This document shows, piece after piece, positions 24,276 through 25,848 of a stretch of 25,848 bases of DNA (positions are counted from its first letter, which is position 1; the number at the start of each line of letters is the position of its first letter). Origin of the DNA: Candidatus Dormiibacterota bacterium (GTDB lineage: Bacteria > Chloroflexota > Dormibacteria > Aeolococcales > Aeolococcaceae); assembly GCA_955651875.1 (NCBI GenBank), contig CATPAP010000285.1, positions 1 to 25,848 of the forward strand. Reading direction: 5' to 3'. The translations under genes were made by a program, and so were the position numbers. The notes beneath the pieces were generated by a model, which did no database searches, was not told the origin of the DNA, and saw only the letters and a list, made by a program, of their open reading frames with translations.

Positions 24276-25848
24276 TTGGCTTCGCCCCGGCCCATCGCAC
24301 GGCCAACGCGGTCAGGGGCACCGCTGAGGACTGCGACCATCTCGGACTCGACCGAGCAACCTGACCGCGACGCCACCCCGGCAAGCCACCAATGGCAGCG
24401 GCGACCTGTGCTGAGCATGCTCGTCCGCGTCGGTGTCGTCGCCGCCCCGGCGACGGCAGGACTGGCCACCGCCGCAACCCTGAGCCGCCTCTTGCCGCGC
24501 GCGTCCGGTGCGCCCCAAACGCTGCTGTTCTTCGCCGCGATCAGCGTGGCGATGCTGCTGGTGATCCTCGCGGTGGAGCGCGCGGCTCGCCGCCTGCTGC
24601 CCCTGGCGGCCCTCCTCAACCTCTCGCTGCTGTTCCCTGACAAGGCGCCGAAGCGTTTTGCAGTGGCCCGGCGTGTCGGCCGGCCACGCGACCTGCAACG
24701 CCAGTTGCAGGAGGCGCGGGACAACGGCGTCGAGGGCGGGGAAGTCGCCTACATGCAGACGGTGCTCGAGCTCGTGGCAGCGCTCAGCGTTCACGATCGG
24801 CAGACCCGCGGCCACTCGGAGCGAGTGCGAGTCTTCGCGGACCTCATCGCCGTCGAGATGAAGCTGCCACCCGCTGATCGGGCGCGCCTGCGCTGGGCAT
24901 CGCTGCTCCACGACATCGGCAAGCTCCTCGTTCCCAGCGAGATCCTCTGCAAGCCGGCGGCGCTGAACGCGACGGAATGGGAGAAGGTCCAGCGGCATCC
25001 CGAGGAGGGCGCGCGCCTTATCGGCCCGCTCCGGGCGTGGCTGGGCCAATGGGCGGCGGCTGTGGAGCACCACCACGAGCGGTGGGATGGCAAGGGATAT
25101 CCCCAGGCTCTGGCCGGGGAGAACATCTCTCTCAGTGGTCGGATCGTGGGGGTGGCGGACTCATACGAGGTCATGACGGCCGTGCGTCCATACCGCCGAC
25201 CGATTGGAGTGGTCGCTGCCCGCGAGGAGCTGGTGCGATGCTCGGGCAAGCAGTTCGATCCCGCGGTGGTGAGGGCCTTCCTCAACATCTCGGTGGGACG
25301 GCTGTGGCGAGTGGTCGGCGTCGGATCCTGGATAGCGCAGCTGCCCCTGCTCGCCTGGGTAAATGGCCTGGGATTGCAGTGGGGCAGTGCGATCGTGTCG
25401 GGGTCGACCGCATTGGGACTGGCCGCGCCGGGGATACTGCCGAGCCCCGACGCGGTCCCTCAGCCGCACACGACGCCTGCCATCGCCAACACCAACGCGT
25501 CTGGCGGTGCCGCACGAGGTGCCGGAGGCCCGGGGTCCACATCGCCGAGTTCGCCGGCGCATGGTGGCCTGCCCGCCGCAGGAGCGCCACCACCCGCTGC
25601 TGGACCAATCTCCCTGCCGGCACCGTCGACCTCACCGCAGCCCCCGCCGAGGCCAACCTCCCCGCAACCAACGCCAGTACCGAGCTCCGTCACCCAACCG
25701 GTGCTGTCGATGCCGGCGCCGGCAGTTGTCTTTGAGTCGACCTATACCGCGAGCGGCTGGTTCGCGGACTCGGGCGGCAGTGGCTGGACTGCAACCGTTG
25801 ATTACGGCGATGGATCGGGGGCTCATGCACTGCCCCTGAGTGGAGACA
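24276..25848 (+). CDS. Membrane-anchored HD-GYP phosphodiesterase with a Pro-rich stalk and probable PKD-like C-terminal domain; 3'-partial, start uncertain
   Basis: My translation of frame 3 (absent from the ORF track because it has no stop in the window): two hydrophobic segments, LPLAALLNLSLLFPD, HDRQTRGHSERV, LLHDIGK, HHHERWDGKGYP, ADSYEVMT.VRPY, FDP, a hydrophobic segment, a Pro/Ser/Thr-rich linker, WTATVDYGDGS. Confidence 0.88.
   Translation, partial: MASPRPIARPTRSGAPLRTATISDSTEQPDRDATPASHQWQRRPVLSMLVRVGVVAAPATAGLATAATLSRLLPRASGAPQTLLFFAAISVAMLLVILAVERAARRLLPLAALLNLSLLFPDKAPKRFAVARRVGRPRDLQRQLQEARDNGVEGGEVAYMQTVLELVAALSVHDRQTRGHSERVRVFADLIAVEMKLPPADRARLRWASLLHDIGKLLVPSEILCKPAALNATEWEKVQRHPEEGARLIGPLRAWLGQWAAAVEHHHERWDGKGYPQALAGENISLSGRIVGVADSYEVMTAVRPYRRPIGVVAAREELVRCSGKQFDPAVVRAFLNISVGRLWRVVGVGSWIAQLPLLAWVNGLGLQWGSAIVSGSTALGLAAPGILPSPDAVPQPHTTPAIANTNASGGAARGAGGPGSTSPSSPAHGGLPAAGAPPPAAGPISLPAPSTSPQPPPRPTSPQPTPVPSSVTQPVLSMPAPAVVFESTYTASGWFADSGGSGWTATVDYGDGSGAHALPLSGD

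Noticed and set aside
24312-25735. Listed ORFs in this span (24312..25076, 24791..25288, 24977..25735 and others)
   Set aside because: Shadows of the unlisted frame-3 HD-GYP gene.
1-25848. CRISPR array, rRNA, transposase or integrase
   Set aside because: No regularly spaced repeats, rRNA-like sequence or recombinase motifs seen. The Cas4-like motifs at the left end belong to the TM0106 fusion.

Overview
GC-rich bacterial window with three parts. (1) Housekeeping/accessory genes: a 5'-truncated TM0106-type nuclease-RNase H-like-SF1 helicase fusion, HAD and alpha/beta hydrolases, SAM methyltransferase plus GT4, an ABC-2 exporter, SCP2, peptidase C26, FMN reductase, xth, an alkyltransferase-like protein, aldose 1-epimerase, a ROK/PpgK-like kinase and an esterase. 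(2) A decayed accessory patch at ~4930-7300 that starts at a tRNA-Leu-like 3' half (possible att scar) and holds a truncated DUF4238 gene joined tail-to-tail to a frameshifted HsdS fragment. It is followed by a cold-shock gene and a surface protein with two Ig-like repeats and an xPxTG-type anchor. (3) The best candidate for an undescribed system, at 19561-25848: four secreted proteins sharing a conserved post-signal-peptide motif (A|AS[LI]x[LF]T[ST]...C; two close paralogues, one distant paralogue, one DNRLRE/CBM96-like protein), then a Ser-His SipW-type signal peptidase. This cluster is flanked by a PAS-GGDEF-EAL gene and a membrane HD-GYP protein with a Pro-rich stalk and a probable PKD-like domain. 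I infer a c-di-GMP-linked, SipW-processed surface fibre or biofilm-matrix system that is analogous to TasA but not recognisably TasA. All family calls come from motif recognition by eye; no searches were run.
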